Notes under the pieces: generated by a model
The model's input: only the letters and a program-made list of their open reading frames with translations
The model's database searches: none
Told to the model about the DNA's origin: nothing
Program-made: the position numbers and the translations under genes
DNA from: Promethearchaeota archaeon
GTDB taxonomy: Archaea; Asgardarchaeota; Thorarchaeia; Thorarchaeales; Thorarchaeaceae
DNA length: 27,065 bases
Reading direction: 5' to 3'
NCBI GenBank assembly: GCA_027031765.1
Contig: JALVPN010000181.1
Span: 1 to 27,065 of the forward strand
Part shown: positions 17,277-25,505 of the stretch, one piece after another
Layout of the letters: each line of letters begins with the position of its first letter
Position numbering within the stretch: position 1 is the stretch's first letter

Positions 17277-17912
17277 TCAGGGGAATACGAGGGAGGCAAA
17301 CAGCACCACCAATGCCCATACTGTCATCAGGATGCAGCAGAGCGGCGGTGTGCTGAAAGACAACCGCCGACTGTCAAGGCCCGGGAACAGTGCGTAGTCG
17401 GTGACCACAGCACCCATTGCCGCCAGCTCCATGTCCACTCCTCTAGAGACCACCAGCCTGTACTCGTCATGCGGGCCCGGAGCCGTCCTGTCAACACTGA
17501 GTACGAAGTCACCGCCTGTGTCTACGACCCGGAAACGTGCCCCAAGCTCCCAGTCAGAAGACCTAGCCCAGCGCCCTACAAGGTTGAGCCAGATGCGTGG
17601 CCGGAGTGACAGAAGCCCGCGTGACACAGAACCGACCGCTGTGTCGCCGCGGCGCAGCAGGAACATGTTCCGGAAAAGACTGGTGCCCGCAGTCAGCACA
17701 ACCTCTCCGTCTGGTGCCCTCAACTCCAACACGGTCCGCATTGGATGCCCGCCCGCCTCTCTTATTGTGCCCAGCAGCACATGGTCTTCACCATACACCT
17801 CATAGAGGGGTCCCGGTAGTATCCGTCTGCAGACCACTCTCAGTTCTCGGACGCTCAATGCGGTGCGCTCCACACCCTGTCTGCACATGGCAACAACGGG
17901 GTACACAGGCAT
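17277..17912 (-). CDS. LURP-one-related (LOR)/scramblase/tubby-like beta-barrel protein with C-terminal hydrophobic helix
   Basis: PLYEVYGEDHVLLGTIRE, LELRAPDGEVVL, FRVVDTGGDFVLSVDR, DEYRLVVSRGVDMELAAMGAVVTD. C-terminal hydrophobic helix CCILMTVWALVVLFASLVFP. The start could be 17888. Confidence 0.7.
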   Translation of the reverse strand: MPVYPVVAMCRQGVERTALSVRELRVVCRRILPGPLYEVYGEDHVLLGTIREAGGHPMRTVLELRAPDGEVVLTAGTSLFRNMFLLRRGDTAVGSVSRGLLSLRPRIWLNLVGRWARSSDWELGARFRVVDTGGDFVLSVDRTAPGPHDEYRLVVSRGVDMELAAMGAVVTDYALFPGLDSRRLSFSTPPLCCILMTVWALVVLFASLVFP

Positions 17913-18067
17913 GTCCCAACTGGGCTATATCACTGCCGGTAGCCACAGTATGCGGCCAGACTCCAGACACAGATGCGGTCAAGTGTAGGGGTGGGCAGTA
18001 CTGCTGCAGGAGACCGTAGGATGGAGCGGGACGCGCGGGTGGCCGCGGTGGTCAGCCGTGTGGTGTG

Positions 18068-18583
18068 CTAGTAGAACATCTTGTCTAGCACAGCAACGGC
18101 CAAAGCCGCAAAGTCCCACTCAATATCCTCAGGTATTGTGACTGTGTACCGGTCCCGCAGCCTCACGACAGGCCTATCAATCCGGAACACCAAACGGCCC
18201 TCAGTGTCATAGACCTCAAAATGCCGGGTGAAGAAGAGCTTCCCGGTACCGGTGGCAGTACGTCCGGCAAACCTCAGTGTGAAAGTGGGCCTGAAACAGA
18301 TGAGCGGCCGGGAGATGGTGCCGACAGTCGCACCATCACGGATCAGACGGAACGTGAGCGAGAAGTAACCCCCCTTTGCAGTCATGATGAGCTGGTCGTC
18401 GGGGTCCTTCAACTCCAGCGTTGACCGCAGGACGCTCGCCCAAGTCTGCCTCACGCGGGCCATCAGGCCCCCGTACTCGTTGTATATCTCATACACGGGG
18501 CGGAGCGCCAAGATTTTCTGGACGACCTGTAGTCTTCTCTCGGTCACAGTTGCCAACTCCCGGAGCACCGCCGGTGGCGACAT
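18068..18583 (-). CDS. LURP-one-related (LOR)/scramblase/tubby-like protein
   Basis: VVQKILALRPVYEIYNEYG..MARVRQ, LELKDPDD, HFEVYDTEGRLVFRIDR, RDRYTVTIPEDIEWDFAALAVAVLDKM. TTTATG TATA-like box about 27 nt upstream suggests a leaderless mRNA. Confidence 0.8.
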   Translation of the reverse strand: MSPPAVLRELATVTERRLQVVQKILALRPVYEIYNEYGGLMARVRQTWASVLRSTLELKDPDDQLIMTAKGGYFSLTFRLIRDGATVGTISRPLICFRPTFTLRFAGRTATGTGKLFFTRHFEVYDTEGRLVFRIDRPVVRLRDRYTVTIPEDIEWDFAALAVAVLDKMFY

Positions 18584-18744
18584 GCGGAGCTGTTGAGGGG
18601 GTCACACCATACCATAAATGACTGGTGGTCAGCGCACAGGGGTCCAGGAACACCCCGTGGTACCACCTCCCACTCGCGATGTGGGCCACACGTACCCAGC
18701 TCAGGAGCAAGGTTCGCCAACAGCAGAAAATGCGAAGGTTTTTA

Positions 18745-18833
18745 CCAGAGGCGCGCAGGATGCACACCAAGAGGACATGTTGACCAGCACCACAGTACTA
18801 CCACCCAGAGGCACGCACGATGCACACCAAGAG
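18745..18833 (+). repeat. 29-bp imperfect direct repeat (27/29 identical, 60-bp period) duplicating the start region of the surface-protein gene
   Basis: CCAGAGGCGCGCAGGATGCACACCAAGAG at 18745-18773 and CCAGAGGCACGCACGATGCACACCAAGAG at 18805-18833. Confidence 0.85.
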
Positions 18834-21800
18834 AGTACTGCCACTCATAGTGTTAGTTGTAGTAATCCCTGTCCTGCTGGCGGCTGGCCCCATTGCCTTG
18901 ACAGGCCATCACGCGACCGTGGTGACGTGTCCAGATGACGGACAGACCACACGGAACACTGCCAAGCCGGTACCACGCCGGGACAACAGCCCCACTGGGT
19001 CATCTCTCAACGACTACGTCGACGCTCATATCGCGAGTGTGTACGGAGAGGTGGAGCACTTCACTTACATGACCAGGCCGGGTTCCGACTATGCAACACT
19101 GACAGAGGAGCCCACGGGCTATGCTTCCATCGAATACTGCACAGAGTGGGACCCGTGGCCAGACGGCTGGGAAACTGCTGAGAACCCCTATGGGCATGAC
19201 GACTTTGCGGCGATAGGCAGCGGGGGCGTCGATGACGACGGCTTCATAGGCGTGGTAGGAGACCCGCAGGGAGGCCGGAGAGGTGGGGTGCTCCTGAGCA
19301 ATGCGTACAACCTTGTCATGGAGGACTCCTTTAATCTCTCAGTGTTCCTCCTTGACAACCGTGCACCACGTAGCACCGCACAACTGAAGGTCTACTTCCG
19401 TGACAAGAACGGCAACTGGGACTACATGTTCTGTCTCGACGACTGTGACCCGCCTTCGCCCGGCAACTGGAGGCACTACTCAGTCACGGTCACTGACAGT
19501 CAGTACCTGCACCGGTTTTTCAGGGTCAAGTACGAAGCGACCAAAGTGCAGGGCGGCACGGTCCTGGACATGGTTGGAGTGGACAGCCACCACCTCATGA
19601 AGGGTGCGCAGTACCGCATGGAACAGCAATTCCAGTTCACTCACATCCCCTACGACGACTGGGGCGCGGAGCTGCTCACGGTGGAACTCCACAGCACCGT
19701 TTCAGAGCCTTTGGCGGTGGAGGTCAAGACCGGGTCCGGGCAGTGGGTAAGACTGGGGACGGCGACGGGTACTGTGTCCTACAACGTACACAGATACGTG
19801 ACATCACCGACGCTTAGTGTCAGGCTTGTCGACAGATACGCCGACTCTGATAGTGATACCTGGAGGGTGAGTGGTATGTACCTCCACTTTGAGGACGACA
19901 TCCCGACGGACGGCGGCGCGCCTACCACTGACTCGCTGTACGATGGCGACAACTTCTATGCCTGCAAGTCGCCGCACCATGGGATGTATGCATACATGAC
20001 CACCCGACACTTTGACAATGACGGGGCATTGGACATCAACTACTGCAAGCTTGCAGCGGTGTCCGGAAAGCAAACATTGTGGGAGGTCAAGTTCGACGTC
20101 CGTGGGAGAAAGACTACTGTCGAGCGTGGTGCACACTACATTGCAGTCGCAGACTGCATCCCACGCCTACGCGGCATCACACTGGCGGTAACATGGCGCG
20201 TAAGGTTCCTCTGGGACCACCCGGATGTACAGGACGTGTCGTTCCGAGTGACGACCGTCGACGACCACTCCCTTGTCAGTCATACATACGCTAGGAACTG
20301 GGATGTCGAGACCCGACTTGAGCTGATGGAGTATGCGCTGTCTGATGACCGTGTGGATGTTGGCGGCTCGCTCCAGGCCACGGGCCGTGTCAAGTACTAC
20401 CAGTCTGCTGCCAACATAACGCCTGACCCTGACTTTGTTGAGGCCCATGTGCTACGGACAGCACCATCTGACGCCTCGTGGATCGGCTCGATGTCATCGG
20501 GGGGCACCTTCAGTGTCAGCGTGGACATGTCTGAAGAAGTGGGTGTGCAGACCTTCGAGTTTGAAGTGTGCGACACAACGCACCACGTAGACCGGCTTCT
20601 TGGGACATACAACCGGAGCGCAATAGCCGACAGGCTGAGGGTGTGCAGTATGTGGTCTGACGACCCCCAGAACCGCACCGATGTGGGGATCACGGTTACA
20701 CTGTCCGCTCACCTCACGTACGAGTATGACAACAGCCCGTTGACAGCTGGGACCGTACTGTTGAACGGACATACGATGACCCATACTGGGGACGGTATGT
20801 GGACGGTCGAGCAGTCGTATGACACTGTGACCTCGGTCACGTACGACAACATCACGGTCACAGGGGACCCCTACGGCATCACCACAGTCAACAACAACTC
20901 GCAGCAGGTGACCGTGATATGGGACAGGGTGGTGGTGGACATGTGCCATGCGGACGACACACGTATCAATGTCGGCGCCACCACAAAGGTCTATGTCGGG
21001 CTCTACTACGAGTACGACCACGAGGACGTGACAGACGGGCAGGTCCACATCAATGGCCATAGCGCAGTCCATGTGGGAGGTGGCACATGGCAGGCAGCAG
21101 TATCGGAGACGTCGGTCACGGGAGTCACATTCGACACGGTGGTGGTTGCCAACAACACACATGGGATAACCGTCGTCGACCAGAACGGCCAGTATGCTAG
21201 AGTGGTCTGGGATGCCCTTGTAGTGACCATTGTGGGCCCGACCGACCAGCGCATCAATGTGGGCGACAACGCGAGTGGCATTGTCGTGACCGCAACGTAC
21301 TCCTATGACGACACACCGTACCATGGTACCCTCGACCTCAACTGCACGACCTTCGCGTACGACACAGTTGGCAGACATGCCTACACCGTGGCCGCAGCCC
21401 GTGGTGACGACTCGTACGGCATCACGGTCATAGAGACCAACGACGTAGCGTGGTGCATATGGGACGCCCTTGTTGTCACAGTGTCTGGCCCTGATGACCA
21501 ACGTATCAACGTGGGCGACACTGCAACCGGTATTGTGGCGACAGCTGTCTACGCATACGATGGTTCGGAGTATGATGGTGGCCTCAATCTGAACGACACA
21601 GTGTTCACACATGATGCCGTGGGTATGTGGGCCTACACGGTCGAGTCTGCTGTGGGCGATGACCCCTTCGGGATCACTGTCATCCAGACCAATGATGTGA
21701 CCTGGTGCATCTGGGACGCGGTCGAAGTGTACGGGCTCGGCTCTCCCGAGTGGGCCATCCTTGGCATGCCGTTCCAGCTCTGGTGCCAGGCACAACTTGC

Positions 21801-23130
21801 ATACGACGGCCACGCCCTCTGCGGTGACGACGACGTTGTCCTCGCCGGTCAGAACGCCGTCTGGAACGGCACGCATTTCGTGGTCACTGTCACGCCCACA
21901 GCTACTGGTGAGGCCCTCTACTACGTCAACTCCACCGCCGAAACGACGTATGGCATCACCGCAGTGTGTGTTTCACCTGAGACCGTCACCAAGGTCACCG
22001 ACGTACCAGAGGTCAGCAATATTGCCAGCAGTTTCCAGCCGAATGGCAGCCTGTACGTAGGCGTCTACCGTGGAGAACCACTGTGGATCCACTGGGACCC
22101 CGTGAATGACCCTGAGCCGCCAGTCCTCAGTTTTGCAGTTGGAGGCGCATATTTTCGGGAGTGGCGTGTGGTCTCCCTGTGGAGCAGACGTACCGTAGCA
22201 TCGGGCACACAGGCAGGGACATATAGTTTCCAAGTGGAGGCTGGACTGCCATATACCATCGGGAACTACACGTACCGGATTGAAGCATCGAACATGGCCG
22301 GCTACACCACAACAGCACTGGTCCGGGTGACAGTACGTGACTACACGCCCCCTGCTGTGAGCCACCTACAGGATGTCACCCTTGAGTCGGGCACAACCGG
22401 ACACCTTACGTGGGAGATTGTAGAACCGAACCTCCAGTCTGTTGTCCTGACTGTGGACGGCGACACCGTGGACGGGATATCGGGGCCCGTTGCCCAGTAC
22501 GAGTGGACGGTGGAAGGCCTCACCTTGGGTACGCACTCCGTCCTCCTGAACGTGACCAACACTTGGGGCCACATGTCCAACGACACTGTTACCGTGTACG
22601 TCGTGGACACAGTACAACCCACTGTGAGTCACCCGGAGGACATCGAGTTCACGGAGGGGACGACCGGGCACTACGTGGAGTGGACGGGGAGCGACCTGAA
22701 CCCCGCCACATATGAGGTGTACCACAATGACACCCTGGTCCGCTCCGGGCTGTGGAACGAGAGCTCAGAGACCTTCAGAATCGACCTCGACTGGCTCCCA
22801 GCCGGGACACATCTGTTCCGCATCCGGCTCACTGATGGTGCAGGGAACAGTGTCGAGGACGAGGTGGTCATAACCGTCATGACCACGACCACGACCACCA
22901 CCACCACCACTACAACAACACGGGGTACGTCGACTACCGCACCAGACACTACTGCGCCGGGCGGAGTCCTCGACAACGGGCCTCCTACACCAGCTGCACA
23001 GGCGCTCGTCCTTCTCCTGATAGGCAGCGTCGGGACTGGCATTGTGGCAGTCCTGTTTGTGCTACAGAGAAGAGGCATGCTCTCAGTAGGGCGCCTCGGG
23101 CCGGCAACAAACAACATACACCACCCCTGA
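18820..23130 (+). CDS. Large secreted, C-terminally anchored surface protein with beta-sandwich/Ig-like repeats and a poly-Thr linker
   Basis: Signal peptide MHTKRVLPLIVLVVVIPVLLAA; N-terminal beta-rich domains; five ...YGIT...(I/V)WD repeats; Ig-like DxxxPxVSHxxD...GTH...GNS domains; T13 linker; TM ALVLLLIGSVGTGIVAVLFVL followed by QRR. Confidence 0.9.
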   Translation: MHTKRVLPLIVLVVVIPVLLAAGPIALTGHHATVVTCPDDGQTTRNTAKPVPRRDNSPTGSSLNDYVDAHIASVYGEVEHFTYMTRPGSDYATLTEEPTGYASIEYCTEWDPWPDGWETAENPYGHDDFAAIGSGGVDDDGFIGVVGDPQGGRRGGVLLSNAYNLVMEDSFNLSVFLLDNRAPRSTAQLKVYFRDKNGNWDYMFCLDDCDPPSPGNWRHYSVTVTDSQYLHRFFRVKYEATKVQGGTVLDMVGVDSHHLMKGAQYRMEQQFQFTHIPYDDWGAELLTVELHSTVSEPLAVEVKTGSGQWVRLGTATGTVSYNVHRYVTSPTLSVRLVDRYADSDSDTWRVSGMYLHFEDDIPTDGGAPTTDSLYDGDNFYACKSPHHGMYAYMTTRHFDNDGALDINYCKLAAVSGKQTLWEVKFDVRGRKTTVERGAHYIAVADCIPRLRGITLAVTWRVRFLWDHPDVQDVSFRVTTVDDHSLVSHTYARNWDVETRLELMEYALSDDRVDVGGSLQATGRVKYYQSAANITPDPDFVEAHVLRTAPSDASWIGSMSSGGTFSVSVDMSEEVGVQTFEFEVCDTTHHVDRLLGTYNRSAIADRLRVCSMWSDDPQNRTDVGITVTLSAHLTYEYDNSPLTAGTVLLNGHTMTHTGDGMWTVEQSYDTVTSVTYDNITVTGDPYGITTVNNNSQQVTVIWDRVVVDMCHADDTRINVGATTKVYVGLYYEYDHEDVTDGQVHINGHSAVHVGGGTWQAAVSETSVTGVTFDTVVVANNTHGITVVDQNGQYARVVWDALVVTIVGPTDQRINVGDNASGIVVTATYSYDDTPYHGTLDLNCTTFAYDTVGRHAYTVAAARGDDSYGITVIETNDVAWCIWDALVVTVSGPDDQRINVGDTATGIVATAVYAYDGSEYDGGLNLNDTVFTHDAVGMWAYTVESAVGDDPFGITVIQTNDVTWCIWDAVEVYGLGSPEWAILGMPFQLWCQAQLAYDGHALCGDDDVVLAGQNAVWNGTHFVVTVTPTATGEALYYVNSTAETTYGITAVCVSPETVTKVTDVPEVSNIASSFQPNGSLYVGVYRGEPLWIHWDPVNDPEPPVLSFAVGGAYFREWRVVSLWSRRTVASGTQAGTYSFQVEAGLPYTIGNYTYRIEASNMAGYTTTALVRVTVRDYTPPAVSHLQDVTLESGTTGHLTWEIVEPNLQSVVLTVDGDTVDGISGPVAQYEWTVEGLTLGTHSVLLNVTNTWGHMSNDTVTVYVVDTVQPTVSHPEDIEFTEGTTGHYVEWTGSDLNPATYEVYHNDTLVRSGLWNESSETFRIDLDWLPAGTHLFRIRLTDGAGNSVEDEVVITVMTTTTTTTTTTTTTRGTSTTAPDTTAPGGVLDNGPPTPAAQALVLLLIGSVGTGIVAVLFVLQRRGMLSVGRLGPATNNIHHP
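20623..22002 (+). repeat. Five tandem intragenic repeats of about 84-100 aa
   Basis: Units end in WD at 20925, 21213, 21465 and 21717 (periods 288, 252, 252 nt), and a fifth ends near 22002. Shared D-x-R-I-N-V-G, Y-x-Y-D and Y/H/F-G-I-T motifs. Confidence 0.85.
22882..22920 (+). repeat. Poly-threonine (ACN)13 low-complexity linker
   Basis: Thirteen consecutive Thr codons, mostly ACC/ACG. Confidence 0.9.
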
Positions 23131-23365
23131 CAAGAGAAGAGGCCTGTGTTGCGCTGTTGCGGCCATGATACCAGACACGGGTGGACATTGGTATGCAAGG
23201 AGTCGTCGGACTGCTGACCGCGTGGTGCGACCAGATGGCAGGGGGTCGGTCTACTAGTCCTGTAGACGGGAGCAGTACGGCCGTGCCCCTGCCGGCCCCA
23301 GTGTAGGACCTGCTCCGAATGATTGAAATCCTCTCCCGACCACCGGTCACACCGAGGCACCCTGG

Positions 23366-25315
23366 ATGCAACTGCTGGGTTCTTTCAGGTTCTACAAGAC
23401 ATTGATGGACGACGTGGAGTGGCGGTTCTTTGAGGGCTTGGTGGCTGAAGCATCAAGCTTTCGAGACCTGGTCGTCCGGCTCACGGAGGCCATGTGTGAG
23501 ACTCGTCGCACGGACGGTCTGCTGTGCGCCGCCATTGACATGATTACCATCATTGGTGACAGGCAACTAGCACTGAAGATGAGACCCGTATACGCGGGCC
23601 ATCGGCTCTATGATGTCTGGATGCTGTGGGCAAGGTCGTTTTGGGATGCCTCAGTCTACGAGGCTGCCAGTCAAGCAGTCAGGGACATCATCCTCAGCGA
23701 GTCCGACACTTGGATAAGACTCATGTTCATTGACCTTGCATTGATGTTGGTATCAGAGCGAGACATGAAGAGGGCAATGGAATACGTCCAGCAGGGCTTG
23801 GCACTGGCCGGTGAGTCGGAGGACTACGTGTTCGCAAGAGTCCGGCTGCTGCGACATCTGGCACTGCTGTATTGGTTGATGGGCGAGTATGACAAAGGGG
23901 ATTCGATGGCCCAAGAGTCTATCGACCTTGCGAGAAAGTACGATGACGAGCTCCACCTGCCACCTGCGCTCAACGCGCTGAGCCTGAACAGGCCAGCGCA
24001 CGAGACGCTGCCTATCTTTGAAGAGATGCTGGAGATAGCAACAAGGCATGACCTGGAGATACAGCGGGAAGTTGCACTGAACAACATTGGGTTCACGTAC
24101 CTTGTCTTTGGTGAGTACACCAAGGCAATACGTGCGCTCGAAGGGGCGCTAGAAGCAGCAGATGCGATTGGGCTCCCTGTGTTCCATCCCTACCTGAACC
24201 TCGCAGCAGTATACGCAAACCTGGGTGACATTGACAGTGCACTCGCCAATGCAGAGAAGGCTGTTGAGGTTTCCAGAGTCACCGAGCCCGACAATGCCAA
24301 TGCATACCTCATCATGGCGAGGGCACTAGCCCTCAAGCACCGCTTTGAAGAGGCATTTGACTACCTAGAAACGGGTGGAGAGATTGCGCACAGGACAGGC
24401 AGTCCCCGCTACCAGGCACACTACTACTTGGTCAGGGGGGTCTACGAACTGGAACGCGGAAACCTCGGGCCGGCCAAGCGGTCATTTGAACGTGCACTGA
24501 GGACAGCCCAGAGGCACCGTTTTGAACGCTTCATAGTCCGTTCGCTCCTCTATCTGGCCGAGGTAGCAGTTGCAATGTTCGTTGAGGACTCGGACCAGGC
24601 ACATGTGGACGAGGCGAGTGAGGCGCTCGGGCTACTGGAGAAGATTGCTGACGAGCAGGAACTGGTCGGACTTGCAGTACAGGTGGCGGTGGTGAAGGCC
24701 CAGACTGACATCATGCTGAAAGATGTGGAGAGGGCACGCAGCACCCTTGAGAAGGCCCTGCGAAACTGTCAGGAGTTCGGTCTCGACCGACTGCGTGGTG
24801 TGGTCGAGAAACAACTCGAACGTCTGGACACGTACCAGGCCCCCGACTCTCTGTTCCAGCGCTTCAGGAAGTTCGTCAGACAGATCAGCATGCTGGGCAT
24901 CCGCACCCGACGCATCAAGTTCAGGGTACTGGGGACAATAGTGATCCTAGGGGAGTCGGGGATAGAGGTCTTTGCAAAGTACCTTGACGACAGACTGGTC
25001 AGCGACCCCTCCCTCGTGGCCGGACTGATAACGGCAGTCTCGAACTTCGCCCGCGAACTCAGACAGGACTCAAGAGGCCAGCTGCAGTCCATCGTGCACG
25101 AGGACATTGCAGTGCTCCTAGAACACCGGGCAGGAGCAACATGTGCTCTCCTATGTGACAGGGACTGTTCGGAGGCACGACTGCTGGAACGCGAGTTCCT
25201 CTCGAGGTTCACCGACCGATATGCCGATGAGCTGGAACGCTTCGGTGATGGCTTCGCCGAGCGGCTGCCCGCGGACGACCTGTTCGAAGAGGTACTGTCA
25301 CAATGGCGCCTATAG
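23366..25315 (+). CDS. Tetratricopeptide-repeat protein with C-terminal longin-like domain
   Basis: TPR units such as ALNNIGFTYLVFGEYTKAIRALEGAL, YLNLAAVYANLGDIDSALANAEKAV and YYLVRGVYELERGNLGPAKRSFERAL. The C-terminal 130 aa (GTIVILGESGIEVF...LVAGLITAVSNFAREL...LQSIVHEDIAVLLEH...CALLCDRD...FLSRFTDRY) fit the longin pattern. Confidence 0.8.
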   Translation: MQLLGSFRFYKTLMDDVEWRFFEGLVAEASSFRDLVVRLTEAMCETRRTDGLLCAAIDMITIIGDRQLALKMRPVYAGHRLYDVWMLWARSFWDASVYEAASQAVRDIILSESDTWIRLMFIDLALMLVSERDMKRAMEYVQQGLALAGESEDYVFARVRLLRHLALLYWLMGEYDKGDSMAQESIDLARKYDDELHLPPALNALSLNRPAHETLPIFEEMLEIATRHDLEIQREVALNNIGFTYLVFGEYTKAIRALEGALEAADAIGLPVFHPYLNLAAVYANLGDIDSALANAEKAVEVSRVTEPDNANAYLIMARALALKHRFEEAFDYLETGGEIAHRTGSPRYQAHYYLVRGVYELERGNLGPAKRSFERALRTAQRHRFERFIVRSLLYLAEVAVAMFVEDSDQAHVDEASEALGLLEKIADEQELVGLAVQVAVVKAQTDIMLKDVERARSTLEKALRNCQEFGLDRLRGVVEKQLERLDTYQAPDSLFQRFRKFVRQISMLGIRTRRIKFRVLGTIVILGESGIEVFAKYLDDRLVSDPSLVAGLITAVSNFARELRQDSRGQLQSIVHEDIAVLLEHRAGATCALLCDRDCSEARLLEREFLSRFTDRYADELERFGDGFAERLPADDLFEEVLSQWRL

Positions 25316-25505
25316 TACTTGCCTGACCAGACCACGGACACTCCTGCAACGCGACCTGCGACCGCCTCAGCGGGCTGTTGGTGTCCCGGTCGCCTGTGAC
25401 ACTCCAGAACACGTGATGACCTATACGGTGTTCTTGTCAGCCACTACACGCACGGTTTGCTGCTTGCGCTGGAGAGAGGAAAGACAGCAAGTTGAAGCGC
25501 ACACG

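Noticed and set aside
20494-21876. 460-aa minus-strand ORF, and other long antisense ORFs such as 10407..11402, 7489..8415 and 25687..26538
   Set aside because: They lie opposite well-supported genes, as expected from GC-rich codon bias, and show no motifs.
25476-25483. GAGGAAAG resembling the RNase P RNA P4 motif
   Set aside because: It is followed by AC rather than UCC, no matching 3' P4 strand was seen, and the gap is under 200 nt.
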